DNA of 24,000 nt from Spirochaetia bacterium (lineage in GTDB: Bacteria > Spirochaetota > Spirochaetia > CADAEX01): NCBI GenBank assembly GCA_017446885.1, contig JAFSOR010000018.1, positions 40,758 to 64,757 of the forward strand. The letters are read 5' to 3'. How positions within the stretch are numbered: position 1 is the first letter of the stretch; the number at the start of each line of letters is the position of its first letter. Below the pieces are notes generated by a model. It was not told the DNA's origin and did not search any database. It saw nothing but the letters and a program-made list of their open reading frames with translations. Of the stretch, positions 1 through 7,850 are shown one piece after another. A program made the translations under genes and the position numbers.

Positions 1-63
1 TCTTTCATGATGAACTCGCTCATTGCTGAACGACAGATATTTCCGTGACAGATAAAAAGAATC

Positions 64-747
64 TTAATCATTGCATGTCTCCTGCCCGACTATCTCAAGC
101 CTGTCCGGCTCCACATGGCACTGAATAAACTGCACCTCCACCCCAGCTCTCTCAGCAGCCTCAAGGGCAGTTCCGAACTCCGGATGGGTCTCAACATTGG
201 CATGGACCTCTCTGATTCCATCCATCTGGATTACAAAAGCCAGCACCGCATGGTACCCCTCTCTTTTTGCTTTAATCAGCTCGTGCAGATGTCTCACTCC
301 ACGCTCTGTAGGTGCATCGGGGAAATATCCTATGCCAGAGCGTTCCAAGGTGCAGCCCTTTACTTCCATCAGATACCTTTCTGTTTTGCCGGCACTATGA
401 CGTTCCATATAGAAGTCGATTCGGGAGGCGCCAAAAGTGTATTCAGGTATGATGACATCATAGTTCTGAGTATGAAGATACTCCAAGGCCACCTTGTTAG
501 GCGCCTGGCTGTCTATATTGATAAGGAGTCCATTGCCCTTGACCACAGCCACCAGGTCGTACTTAGTCTTCCGTGCCGGGTTATCAGATGCAGTCAGGTA
601 TACTGTGCAGCCGGGAATCAAAAGCTCCTTGCACCGGCCTGTATTCTTGACATGTACAGTCTCCTTTCTGCCGTTTATTTCCACATAAGCTATAAAACGG
701 TTGGGTCTTGAGATGAAAGTTGCATGTGTTATGTTGGGATAGTGCAA
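64..747 (-). CDS. sfsA: Sugar fermentation stimulation protein SfsA (DNA-binding/nuclease-like family)
   Basis: The 227-aa ORF has a typical SfsA N-terminus (ATFISRPNRFIAYVEINGR..VHVKNTGRCKELL) and length. The first codon at 747 is TTG. It is preceded by TAAGGAC (Shine-Dalgarno, SD) 6 nt upstream, which overlaps the nhaC stop. Confidence 0.85.
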   Translation of the reverse strand: MHYPNITHATFISRPNRFIAYVEINGRKETVHVKNTGRCKELLIPGCTVYLTASDNPARKTKYDLVAVVKGNGLLINIDSQAPNKVALEYLHTQNYDVIIPEYTFGASRIDFYMERHSAGKTERYLMEVKGCTLERSGIGYFPDAPTERGVRHLHELIKAKREGYHAVLAFVIQMDGIREVHANVETHPEFGTALEAAERAGVEVQFIQCHVEPDRLEIVGQETCND

Positions 748-756
748 AGCCTGTCC

Positions 757-2169
757 TTATCCTATCACAAACCCTACAAACAGGTATCCAACAGCACATA
801 AGAAAGCCACCAGGGTTGCATAGGGCAGCTGGGTCTCTACATGGTTTATGTGCGGACAGCCTGAACCGGTGGAAGCGAGTATTGTGGTATCTGACATCGG
901 AGAGCAGTGGTCGCCATATACAGATCCGGCCAGTACTGCACCCAGGGTTGGCACCAGGAAAGGAGATGCCCCTTCTGTACTGCATATCATAGTGATAATC
1001 GGGATAAGCATTCCGAATGTGCCCCAGGAGGTTCCCATGGAGAAGCTCATTATAGCTGCTACAATAAAGATAAAGAAAGGCAGGTAAGAGAGCCCCATAT
1101 TAGAGCTGGAGACAAAACCAGAGATAAAGTATCCAGTTCCTATAAGATGACGGCACACTCCGCCCAGACTCCAGGAAAGGATAAGTATAAGCATAGGAGG
1201 AACTATAGAACCTATTCCCCCTACTATATTCTCAATGAACTGCCGCGGTGTCATAAGGCGGCGGGGCAGATACATAAGCATAGCTGTCAAAAAGCCTGCG
1301 AATGCACCCATTGTAAGCCCGGCAGGTGCATTGTACCCGATAGCCTCGGAGAAGCTGGTTCCGCTGAAGTAACCGCCTACATAGGCCATACCCAGAATAG
1401 CACACACTATAAGCACAGCAACAGGAAGCACCAGGTCCCAGATACTTGCTTTGCCTGCATCCAGACTGACAGCAGAAGTCTCTATCTTTCCCTGCACAGC
1501 CCTTTCCTCGGCCTTCTTCATAGGGCCGAAATCCTTGCCGGTAAAGCACAGATAGAACACCATGATTATGGTAAAAATCGCATAGAAGTTATAAGGAATG
1601 GTAGAGAGGAACACATTGAAGCCATTCTTTTCGCTTACTTCGCTGGCTACTGCCACTGCCCAGCTGGAGACTGGAGCTATTATACATACAGGAGCTGCTG
1701 TTGCATCAATAATATATGCCAGCTTCTCTCTGGAAATCTTGAGCCTGTCGGTGATAGGCCGCATTACTGTACCTACAGTCAGACAGTTGAATCCATCATC
1801 AATAAAAACTATAAGACCAAGGAGCGCAGTTGCCAATGATGCCGAGCGGCGGGTCTTGAGCTTTTTCTCTGCCCACCGGCCATAGGCCTGGCTGCCACCC
1901 GACTTGGAGACCAGGGTGACCACTGCCCACAGCATACCAAGGAACATGATGATATATGCGTTATCTGCAATCTTGGAGCACATCATATCAAATGTCATGT
2001 TCACAGCAGAGAATATTGTTCCGCCGCTGGCAGCTGCATATATCAGCATACCTGAGAACAATCCGATGAACAGCGAGGAATAAACCTCCTTGGTTATCAA
2101 TGCCAAAGTTATAGCTATAAGTGGAGACAGTACAGACACCCACCCTGTCTCAATCAATGTAAAATCCAT
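757..2169 (-). CDS. Na+/H+ antiporter NhaC-family membrane transporter
   Basis: The 470-aa polytopic ORF has an N-terminus GWVSVLSPLIAITLALITKEV and a C-terminal DHCSPMSDTTILASTGSGCPHINHVETQLPYA block, both typical of NhaC-family proteins. It lies 9 nt upstream of sfsA and is probably co-transcribed with it. Confidence 0.8.
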   Translation of the reverse strand: MDFTLIETGWVSVLSPLIAITLALITKEVYSSLFIGLFSGMLIYAAASGGTIFSAVNMTFDMMCSKIADNAYIIMFLGMLWAVVTLVSKSGGSQAYGRWAEKKLKTRRSASLATALLGLIVFIDDGFNCLTVGTVMRPITDRLKISREKLAYIIDATAAPVCIIAPVSSWAVAVASEVSEKNGFNVFLSTIPYNFYAIFTIIMVFYLCFTGKDFGPMKKAEERAVQGKIETSAVSLDAGKASIWDLVLPVAVLIVCAILGMAYVGGYFSGTSFSEAIGYNAPAGLTMGAFAGFLTAMLMYLPRRLMTPRQFIENIVGGIGSIVPPMLILILSWSLGGVCRHLIGTGYFISGFVSSSNMGLSYLPFFIFIVAAIMSFSMGTSWGTFGMLIPIITMICSTEGASPFLVPTLGAVLAGSVYGDHCSPMSDTTILASTGSGCPHINHVETQLPYATLVAFLCAVGYLFVGFVIG

Positions 2170-2196
2170 AATTATCTACGTTCTATCCTTTTTTAT

Positions 2197-2225
2197 ATAT
2201 TGCATAAATTATTTTTTTATGTCAA
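2197..2225 (-). promoter_or_regulatory. Candidate sigma70 promoter for nhaC-sfsA (TTGACA-17-CAATAT)
   Basis: On the minus strand, the -35 TTGACA is at 2225..2220, followed by a 17-nt AT-rich spacer and the -10 CAATAT at 2202..2197. It sits 28 nt upstream of the nhaC ATG. Hexamer match only. Confidence 0.35.
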
Positions 2226-2228
2226 TAT
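2200..2228 (+). promoter_or_regulatory. Candidate sigma70 promoter for the isf-ohrR-gpx operon (TTGCAT-17-CAATAT with an upstream TGn)
   Basis: The -35 TTGCAT is at 2200..2205. The 17-nt spacer ends in TGT (extended -10 type) and the -10 CAATAT is at 2223..2228. The predicted transcription start near 2235 falls inside the palindrome at 2230..2243. Hexamer match only. Confidence 0.35.
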
Positions 2229-2229
2229 T

Positions 2230-2243
2230 AATTGTACACAATT
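2230..2243. promoter_or_regulatory. OhrR-operator-like inverted repeat AATTGT-AC-ACAATT
   Basis: A perfect 6+6 inverted repeat with a 2-nt centre, with AT-rich flanks that are only loosely symmetric (2227..2247, ATTAATTGTACACAATTTAAT). It uses the same AATTGTA / ACAATT half-site words that I recall from the B. subtilis ohrA operator. It lies 38 nt upstream of an operon that encodes an OhrR homologue. Confidence 0.5.
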
Positions 2244-2280
2244 TAATAGTACGCAATATACAAGCAAAGGAGAATAAGAC

Positions 2281-2793
2281 ATGAAAATTGCAATTTTAAA
2301 TGGAAGCCCTAAAACAGGTAACACAGCAGCAATGGCCAATGCATTTGCAGAGGGAGCAAAAGAGGCAGGACACGAGGTAGAGATTCTGCATGTTGGAAAG
2401 ATGAAGATTGGAGGATGCCTGGCCTGCGAGTACTGCCACGGCAAAGGTGCAGGCACTTGCGTCCAGAAGGATGATATGGAGAAGGTTATGCCTGCTTACA
2501 AAGAGGCAGATATGATTGTCTACACTTCTCCTATCTACTATTTCGGTATGACAGCCCAGATCTCTGCAGCTATCCAGAGAGTCTACGCCATCGGCAAGCC
2601 GGCCAAGGCAAAGAAGGCAGCCCTGCTCTTGAGCGCAGCTTCTCCAAACCCATTCAGCGGAGCAATTGCTACATATAAGGACATGGTAGCATTCACCGGC
2701 ATGGAGAATGCAGGCATTATAACTGCTTCTGGCGATGAGAACGGCTCTGCTGCAAAGATGGCTGAAATCAAGGCTTTTGCAAAGGCTTTATGA
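2281..2793 (+). CDS. Flavodoxin-fold FMN reductase, iron-sulfur flavoprotein (Isf)-like
   Basis: The 170-aa ORF has the N-terminus MKIAILNGSPKTGNT typical of the NADPH-dependent FMN reductase fold. It also has a compact Cys motif C46-x2-C49-x2-C52-x7-C60, the CX2CX2CX4-7C pattern of Isf [4Fe-4S] sites. A strong SD (AGGAG, 2268..2272) precedes it. Confidence 0.75.
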   Translation: MKIAILNGSPKTGNTAAMANAFAEGAKEAGHEVEILHVGKMKIGGCLACEYCHGKGAGTCVQKDDMEKVMPAYKEADMIVYTSPIYYFGMTAQISAAIQRVYAIGKPAKAKKAALLLSAASPNPFSGAIATYKDMVAFTGMENAGIITASGDENGSAAKMAEIKAFAKAL

Positions 2794-3227
2794 AATACGA
2801 CTGTATCAGGCTTGAGAATCAGCTGTGTTTTCCCCTGTATGCTTGTGCCAAAGAGGTAGTCAGGCTATATAGGAAACCGCTTGAATCATTGCATCTGACT
2901 TACACTCAGTATATAGTTATGATGGTGCTGTGGGAATTCGGCGATATGACAGAATGGGATCTGGGGCAGAAAGTACATCTGGATTCCGGCACTCTTGCCC
3001 CGCTCCTGAAGCGATTAGAGACCGCCGGGCTTCTTAGCCGCACCAGAATGGATGGCAACGAGAGGAAACTCCTTCTTTCCCTTACCGATAAAGGAAAGAA
3101 ACTGAAGGAAAAGGCAGTAGAGGTTCCCAAGGCTATGCATGGTTGCATCAAACTGCCACAGGCAGAGCTGATCCAGCTGAAAACGCTGCTGGAAAAAGCA
3201 CTGTCCAATATGGAGGAAAAGATATGA
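2790..3227 (+). CDS. ohrR: MarR-family organic hydroperoxide sensor/repressor OhrR
   Basis: The 145-aa ORF is near-collinear with B. subtilis OhrR as I recall it: RLENQLCFPLYA..LTYTQY..LW, HLDSGTLAPLLKRLE..GLL.R.R...ER..L.SLT..G..LKEKAVEVP. The sensing Cys is C13 in ENQLC. A second Cys, C119, lies 106 residues downstream, similar to the spacing in 2-Cys OhrR. The start overlaps the isf stop (ATGA). Confidence 0.9.
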   Translation: MKYDCIRLENQLCFPLYACAKEVVRLYRKPLESLHLTYTQYIVMMVLWEFGDMTEWDLGQKVHLDSGTLAPLLKRLETAGLLSRTRMDGNERKLLLSLTDKGKKLKEKAVEVPKAMHGCIKLPQAELIQLKTLLEKALSNMEEKI

Positions 3228-3763
3228 TTTACGATTATTCAATTACTACCGGCAAGGGTGAGACATTGAACCTTGCAGATTTTAAAGGAAAAGTCATCAT
3301 GGTAGTGAACACAGCTACCGGATGCGGATTCACTCCACAGTACGAGCCTATCGAGAAACTCTACAAGGAGTATCATGACAAGGGTTTGGAGATACTTGAC
3401 ATACCCTGCAACCAGTTCGGGAAACAGGCTCCAGGCACAGACGAGGAGATTCACAACTTCTGCTCTCTGCATTACAACACAACATTCCCACAGATGAAGA
3501 AGTCTGATGTGAATGGGGCAAATGAGCTGCCGCTGTACACCTACCTTAAGTCACAGAAAGGGTTTGAGGGATTCGGGGAGCATAAATATTCAAAGCTTCT
3601 GGGTGATATGCTGGCAAAAGCAGACCCGGACTGGGACAAGAAGCCAGACATCAAATGGAACTTCACAAAGTTCATCATCGACAGAAAAGGCCAGGTTGTG
3701 GCACGTTTTGAACCCACCGCAGATATGGCCGAAGTTGAGGCCTGCATAAAGGCTTTGCTGTAA
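3224..3763 (+). CDS. Glutathione peroxidase family protein (Cys-type, probably thioredoxin-dependent)
   Basis: Motifs present: NTATGCGFTPQ (peroxidatic Cys encoded by TGC, not TGA), IPCNQFGKQAPG, and WNFTKFIIDRKG. The start is taken at the internal ATG 3224, which overlaps the ohrR stop (ATGA). The 27 upstream residues of the tracked ORF lie within ohrR. Confidence 0.9.
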   Translation: MIYDYSITTGKGETLNLADFKGKVIMVVNTATGCGFTPQYEPIEKLYKEYHDKGLEILDIPCNQFGKQAPGTDEEIHNFCSLHYNTTFPQMKKSDVNGANELPLYTYLKSQKGFEGFGEHKYSKLLGDMLAKADPDWDKKPDIKWNFTKFIIDRKGQVVARFEPTADMAEVEACIKALL

Positions 3764-3775
3764 AGGAGAAAAAAA

Positions 3776-4714
3776 ATGATAATAAAAGCAGTTAAATTCA
3801 GAAAAGATGGCTTCTATACACAGCCCTTTGCCTTCGGAGGCGAGGAAGATGGTGTATACGACCAGAATGTAAGATACCGTGGAACACTTCAGAACTATCT
3901 TATCGACACTGGAAACGAAGTTATTCTGGTAGATACAGGAATTCCTGCAGGAACACCGGAGGAGGTGCCGGCCGAGAAGAGTTTCGGATTCACAGGGAAA
4001 GATATCTGCACCTACATGGAGGCATTCAAGGCTCTGGGCTATAAGCCAGAGCAGGTGACAAAGATTCTTCTGACCCACCGGCACTCTGACCATTCAGGAG
4101 AGATAAAATCCTTCCCCAATGCAAAGGTTTATGTGAATGCAGAGGAACTGGATGCCGCAGAGCTCCAGGGAATCTCCAACATAGTCCCAGTGACATTCAC
4201 CGACGGAGCCTACTATAATTTTCCAGAATGCCAGAAAATCCAGGATGGTATCTACTTCATAAAGGCTAAAGGACACACCAAGGGCAACAGCATTGTGATT
4301 GTGGAGCTTGATGGACTGTTCTACATGATCCATGGAGATATCACTTATGTGGATGAAGCTCTGTATGCCAACAAACTTTCTGTTGTCTTTGACGACCGGA
4401 AGGCAGCCAGAGAGACTCTGGACCGGGTCCGGGAATTCATCAAGAACCACCCTACTGTATACTGCGGTACCCATACTCCACAGGGCTACGAGAACCTGGA
4501 GGCAAAACGGGTTATGGACCTGGACAATCCTGTTCCTACTGTGCTGGCAAAAGTTGATTTTTCTGCCAACAAAGGGACTGGTAAATATGTCTGCTCTGTA
4601 TGTGGCTACATCTACGATCCTGAGCAGCACGACGGTGTTGCCTTCGAGGATCTTCCGGCCGACTGGAGATGTCCGCGCTGCAGACAGCCCAAGGAGAAAT
4701 TCAACAGAGCATAG
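3776..4714 (+). CDS. Metallo-beta-lactamase-fold hydrolase fused to a C-terminal rubredoxin domain
   Basis: The 312-aa ORF carries MBL motifs H101-x-H103-x-D105-H106 ([12 protein letters not shown]), H167 (KGHTKGN), D188 (HGD) and H233 (GTHTP). The C-terminal 43 aa (about 4583..4714) form a complete rubredoxin: C273-x2-C276 GYIYDP ... LPADW-C299-P-x-C302. SD AAGGAG is at 3763..3768. Confidence 0.85.
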   Translation: MIIKAVKFRKDGFYTQPFAFGGEEDGVYDQNVRYRGTLQNYLIDTGNEVILVDTGIPAGTPEEVPAEKSFGFTGKDICTYMEAFKALGYKPEQVTKILLTHRHSDHSGEIKSFPNAKVYVNAEELDAAELQGISNIVPVTFTDGAYYNFPECQKIQDGIYFIKAKGHTKGNSIVIVELDGLFYMIHGDITYVDEALYANKLSVVFDDRKAARETLDRVREFIKNHPTVYCGTHTPQGYENLEAKRVMDLDNPVPTVLAKVDFSANKGTGKYVCSVCGYIYDPEQHDGVAFEDLPADWRCPRCRQPKEKFNRA

Positions 4715-4723
4715 GAACTCTAT

Positions 4724-6121
4724 ATGCCTAGAAATTATGAGATAGATATGTGCCATGGGCCGCTTCTAAGGAAGATGTGCCTGTTTGCCATACCTCTCAT
4801 GTGCTCCACCACATTGCAGCTGCTGTTCAATGCCACAGATGTGATTGTGGTGGGCCGTTTTGCCGGGGACAATTCCCTGGCCGCCGTAGGTTCCAATTCC
4901 TCCATCATCAACCTGATGCTCAACTTCTTTGTGGGACTCTCCATAGGTTCCAATGTGCTGGCCGCACGATACTATGGAGCCCACAACCAGGAGGATTTGT
5001 CCAAGACTGTGCATACCACCATGCTGCTTTCGCTCCTATGCGGGATAGTCATGACTATAGCTGGAGTGGCAGGAGCACGGCAGATTCTGATCTGGATGCA
5101 GACACCGAAGCAGGTTCTGGACCTGGCAGTAAAGTACCTTAGAATCTATTTCATGGGGATAACATTCACTATAGTCTACAACTTCGGCAGTGCCATACTC
5201 CGGGCAGTGGGCGACACCCGGCGGCCGCTGTGGTACCTTACCATTGCAGGATTTATCAACGTTATACTAAACCTGATTTTTGTCATAAACTTTAAATGGG
5301 ATGTGGCAGGAGTTGCGGCAGCCACTGTGATATCCCAGGCTGTTGCCTGCATATTCATAATTATCTGTATGACCAGAGACCAAGGTTCAGTACACCTGGA
5401 CTTCGCCCGGCTGCATCTCCATTCGATTCAGCTGGGTCTTATATTCAGGCTGGGAGTGCCGGCAGGTTTTCAGGGAATGCTCTTCTCCATATCCAACGTT
5501 GTTATACAATCTTCGGTCAACACATTCGGGAATGTAGTCATGGCAGGAAATGCGGCAGCCATGAACATAGAGCACTTTGTCTACTTTGCCATGAACTCTT
5601 TCTATCAGGCAGCAATCTCATTTACCTCACAGAATCTGGGTGCCGGCAACTTCAAGCGTATCCTCCGGATTCTGGGACTGGCACAGGTGTGTGTCATGGT
5701 GACAGGGCTTATTGCAGGAGGGGCAGCCTACATCTTTGCATCTCCCCTTATAGGAATATATTCAAGAAGTACAGATGTGATTGCGGCTGGAACAGTACGG
5801 CTTGGGATTGTATGCAAGACCTACCTGCTGTGCGGTATTATGGATGTATTTGTAGGCTCCCTGCGGGGGCTTGGCTATGCAATGATCCCTATGGTGGTGT
5901 CATTGGCAGGCGCCTGTCTGTTCAGGCTTATCTGGGTGGCTACCATATTTCAGATACCACGCTTCCATACAGTGCAGATACTATACCTTTCCTACCCTAT
6001 CTCCTGGGTTCTGACATTTATTGTACTGGGAATCTGCTTTGTCTGGGCTTTCAGGCGGACAGTGCTTCACCGCCGGATAACAGAAAAAACTTCTCTAAGC
6101 TCTGGGTCTTCGCTGAAGTAA
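4724..6121 (+). CDS. MATE-family efflux transporter
   Basis: The 465-aa, 12-TM-like ORF has a typical MATE N-terminus (GPLLRKMCLFAIPLMCSTTLQLLFNATDVIVVGRFAG..SLAAVG) and an internal repeat half (GVPAGFQ). An alternative start is ATG 4748. It begins 9 nt after the MBL-rubredoxin stop. Confidence 0.9.
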   Translation: MPRNYEIDMCHGPLLRKMCLFAIPLMCSTTLQLLFNATDVIVVGRFAGDNSLAAVGSNSSIINLMLNFFVGLSIGSNVLAARYYGAHNQEDLSKTVHTTMLLSLLCGIVMTIAGVAGARQILIWMQTPKQVLDLAVKYLRIYFMGITFTIVYNFGSAILRAVGDTRRPLWYLTIAGFINVILNLIFVINFKWDVAGVAAATVISQAVACIFIIICMTRDQGSVHLDFARLHLHSIQLGLIFRLGVPAGFQGMLFSISNVVIQSSVNTFGNVVMAGNAAAMNIEHFVYFAMNSFYQAAISFTSQNLGAGNFKRILRILGLAQVCVMVTGLIAGGAAYIFASPLIGIYSRSTDVIAAGTVRLGIVCKTYLLCGIMDVFVGSLRGLGYAMIPMVVSLAGACLFRLIWVATIFQIPRFHTVQILYLSYPISWVLTFIVLGICFVWAFRRTVLHRRITEKTSLSSGSSLK

Positions 6122-6675
6122 TACTTCTCCAGTTCCTCATCTGTCAGGCCTATCAGCTCATGACTCATATAGTGGATCCAGATCTCATCGCACTGGTTCT
6201 TGATAACATGCTTCCGGCACCAGTAATCAGGGACAATATTGAGGTTTTTCTCCAGATACTCCTGTACTTTGTAATCGTGGACTGCAACTTTTATATCCTC
6301 CCTCTTAGGCCCTTTTGACATGATATAGTTGACCAGGAAGTTTATGGTGTGGCCTGAATCGTAGATATCGTCCACAAACAGCACCTTGTCGCCAGGCCGC
6401 AGGTTCTCGGGGGAATAAGTCCAGCCATCTACCGCTACAGCATCGTGGCTCTTTACGTCGGTATAGGACCGGGCAACAACAGCTGCATAGAAGACTGGCT
6501 TATGGCTGGTACCTTTTAGCACAGCCTTGTAGAATTCGCTTATCACATTGCCCATATAGGCGCCGCCCCGGAGTGGAACATAGATCACATCTGGAATAAA
6601 ACCTTCCTTGTACATTCTGTATGCCAGCTTAAGTGCATTGTTCCGTACAGTCTTGTAATGAAGAAATTCCTTCAT
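6067..6675 (-). CDS. Phosphoribosyltransferase (purine/HGPRT-like type I PRTase)
   Basis: The 202-aa ORF has the PRPP-binding loop KVLFVDDIYDSGHTINFL and an upstream VPLRGGAYMG. SD AAGGAG lies 7 nt upstream of the ATG. The 3' end overlaps the convergent MATE gene by 55 nt. Confidence 0.75.
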   Translation of the reverse strand: MKEFLHYKTVRNNALKLAYRMYKEGFIPDVIYVPLRGGAYMGNVISEFYKAVLKGTSHKPVFYAAVVARSYTDVKSHDAVAVDGWTYSPENLRPGDKVLFVDDIYDSGHTINFLVNYIMSKGPKREDIKVAVHDYKVQEYLEKNLNIVPDYWCRKHVIKNQCDEIWIHYMSHELIGLTDEELEKYYFSEDPELREVFSVIRR

Positions 6676-6687
6676 GCGATACTCCTT

Positions 6688-7443
6688 TTAATCGGGAAGT
6701 TTAGTCAGAATCTCGGCATATCCGTCGTGGACAGCCACTGTATGCTCAAAGTGGCAGGATAATGAGTTGTCGGCAGTTACAACAGTCCAGTCGTCGTCCA
6801 GCACCTCGATATCCTCTTTTCCTATCATTATCATAGGCTCTATGGCTATGACCATCCCCTCTCTAAGACGCGGGCTTATCCCCCGTGTTATGAAATTAGG
6901 GACCGAGGGTTCCTCGTGCATATGGAAGCCCACCCCATGGCCGCAGTATTCACGGACAACGCCGTAGTTGTATTTTTTAGCATGTACAAACACAGCTCTG
7001 GAAATATCGATGACCCGGTTTCCTGCCACAGCCTTGTCTATGCCCCTGTAAAGGCATTCTTCGGTAACTTTCATAAGCTGCTGTGCCTCGGGCGATATTT
7101 TGCCCACACCAACAGTTATAGTGCTGTCAGATATGTAGCCCTTAAGGTCTACGCAGAAATCCATGCTGACGATGTCGCCATCCTTAAGCACCCGTTTTCC
7201 GGGGATGCCGTGGATAACCTCCTCGTTCACCGACACACATATGCTGGCAGGATACCCCATGTAGCCAAGTTCAGCAGGTTTTGCATGACGTGCCCTGACA
7301 AATTCCCGTGCTATGTCGTCTATGTCCTTGGTGGTCATGCCAGGTGCAATATGTTTTTTTATCTCTTCAAATGTTGCAGCCAGAATTGCCCCGGAATCGC
7401 GTATGCCGGCAATATCCTGCTTTGATTTAATTTTTATGCCCAT
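6688..7443 (-). CDS. map: Type I methionine aminopeptidase
   Basis: Motifs present: IKSKQDIAGIRDSG..., GYPASICVSVNEEVIHGIP, DIVSMDFCV.LKGYISDS, GHGVGFHMHEEP and VIAIEPM (metal ligands D, D, H, E, E). The tracked ORF starts at a TTG (7479). ATG 7443 (MGIKIKSK) matches the usual Map N-terminus and is used here. Confidence 0.9.
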   Translation of the reverse strand: MGIKIKSKQDIAGIRDSGAILAATFEEIKKHIAPGMTTKDIDDIAREFVRARHAKPAELGYMGYPASICVSVNEEVIHGIPGKRVLKDGDIVSMDFCVDLKGYISDSTITVGVGKISPEAQQLMKVTEECLYRGIDKAVAGNRVIDISRAVFVHAKKYNYGVVREYCGHGVGFHMHEEPSVPNFITRGISPRLREGMVIAIEPMIMIGKEDIEVLDDDWTVVTADNSLSCHFEHTVAVHDGYAEILTKLPD

Positions 7444-7849
7444 TTTCCTTGTAGATTGAATCAAGGATGCCGTTGACAAACTTATAGGAGTCGTCGCCTC
7501 CGAACTCCTGAGCCAGTTTCACAGCCTCGTTGATTATTATTTTGCCGTCAGTGTCCTTCTGATACAGAAGCCCGTAGACACTGAGGCGCAGAATTGCCAG
7601 ATCGATTCGGGAGATACGGTCAAAATTCCAGTTTGTAATATGATTTTTTATGCAATTGTCTATGGTCTGGATATTCTCCAGAGTACCGCAGACAGTAAGC
7701 TTGACATAAGCCTCGGAGGAAGCATCAAAATCGTTTGGAGAAAGGTCGCGTGCACATGCAAACAAGAGTTCTGGATCAGATTTCTTAGTAAAATCCCAGC
7801 TGTAGATTATCTGAAACGCAAGAACCCTTGCACGATGCATTGTACCCAT
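7427..7849 (-). CDS. nusB: Transcription antitermination factor NusB
   Basis: The 140-aa ORF shows RARVLAFQIIYSWDF, DRISRIDLAILRLSVYGLLY and IINEAVKLAQEFGGDDSYKFVNGILD, which are typical of NusB. Confidence 0.9.
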   Translation of the reverse strand: MGTMHRARVLAFQIIYSWDFTKKSDPELLFACARDLSPNDFDASSEAYVKLTVCGTLENIQTIDNCIKNHITNWNFDRISRIDLAILRLSVYGLLYQKDTDGKIIINEAVKLAQEFGGDDSYKFVNGILDSIYKENGHKN

Positions 7850-7850
7850 A

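Noticed and set aside
1-63. A possible 5' end of another minus-strand gene (ATG at 23 or 8 reading out of the window), and an 8-bp direct repeat GACAGATA at 32..39 and 47..54.
   Set aside because: Only 2-7 codons are visible and there is no SD. The repeat is short and lies at the window edge. Neither can be supported from this window.
907-1839. A 310-aa plus-strand ORF antisense to the NhaC-family gene. The same applies to 8049..8756, 11336..12040, 11617..12192 and 4094..4756, which lie antisense to the PPIase, gap and MBL genes.
   Set aside because: All are embedded opposite strongly supported genes. They have biased, motif-free translations and no independent start signals.
3307-3333. Possible selenocysteine in the glutathione peroxidase active site.
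   Set aside because: The active-site codon in NTATGCGFT is TGC (Cys), not in-frame TGA. There is no SECIS-like requirement.
5296-6318. A 340-aa plus-strand ORF in an alternative frame of the MATE gene, running on into the PRTase gene.
   Set aside because: It is out of frame within a well-supported MATE CDS. The translation is low-complexity and Cys/Arg/Gly-rich, and it crosses the convergent gene. It is a frame artefact of GC-rich third positions.
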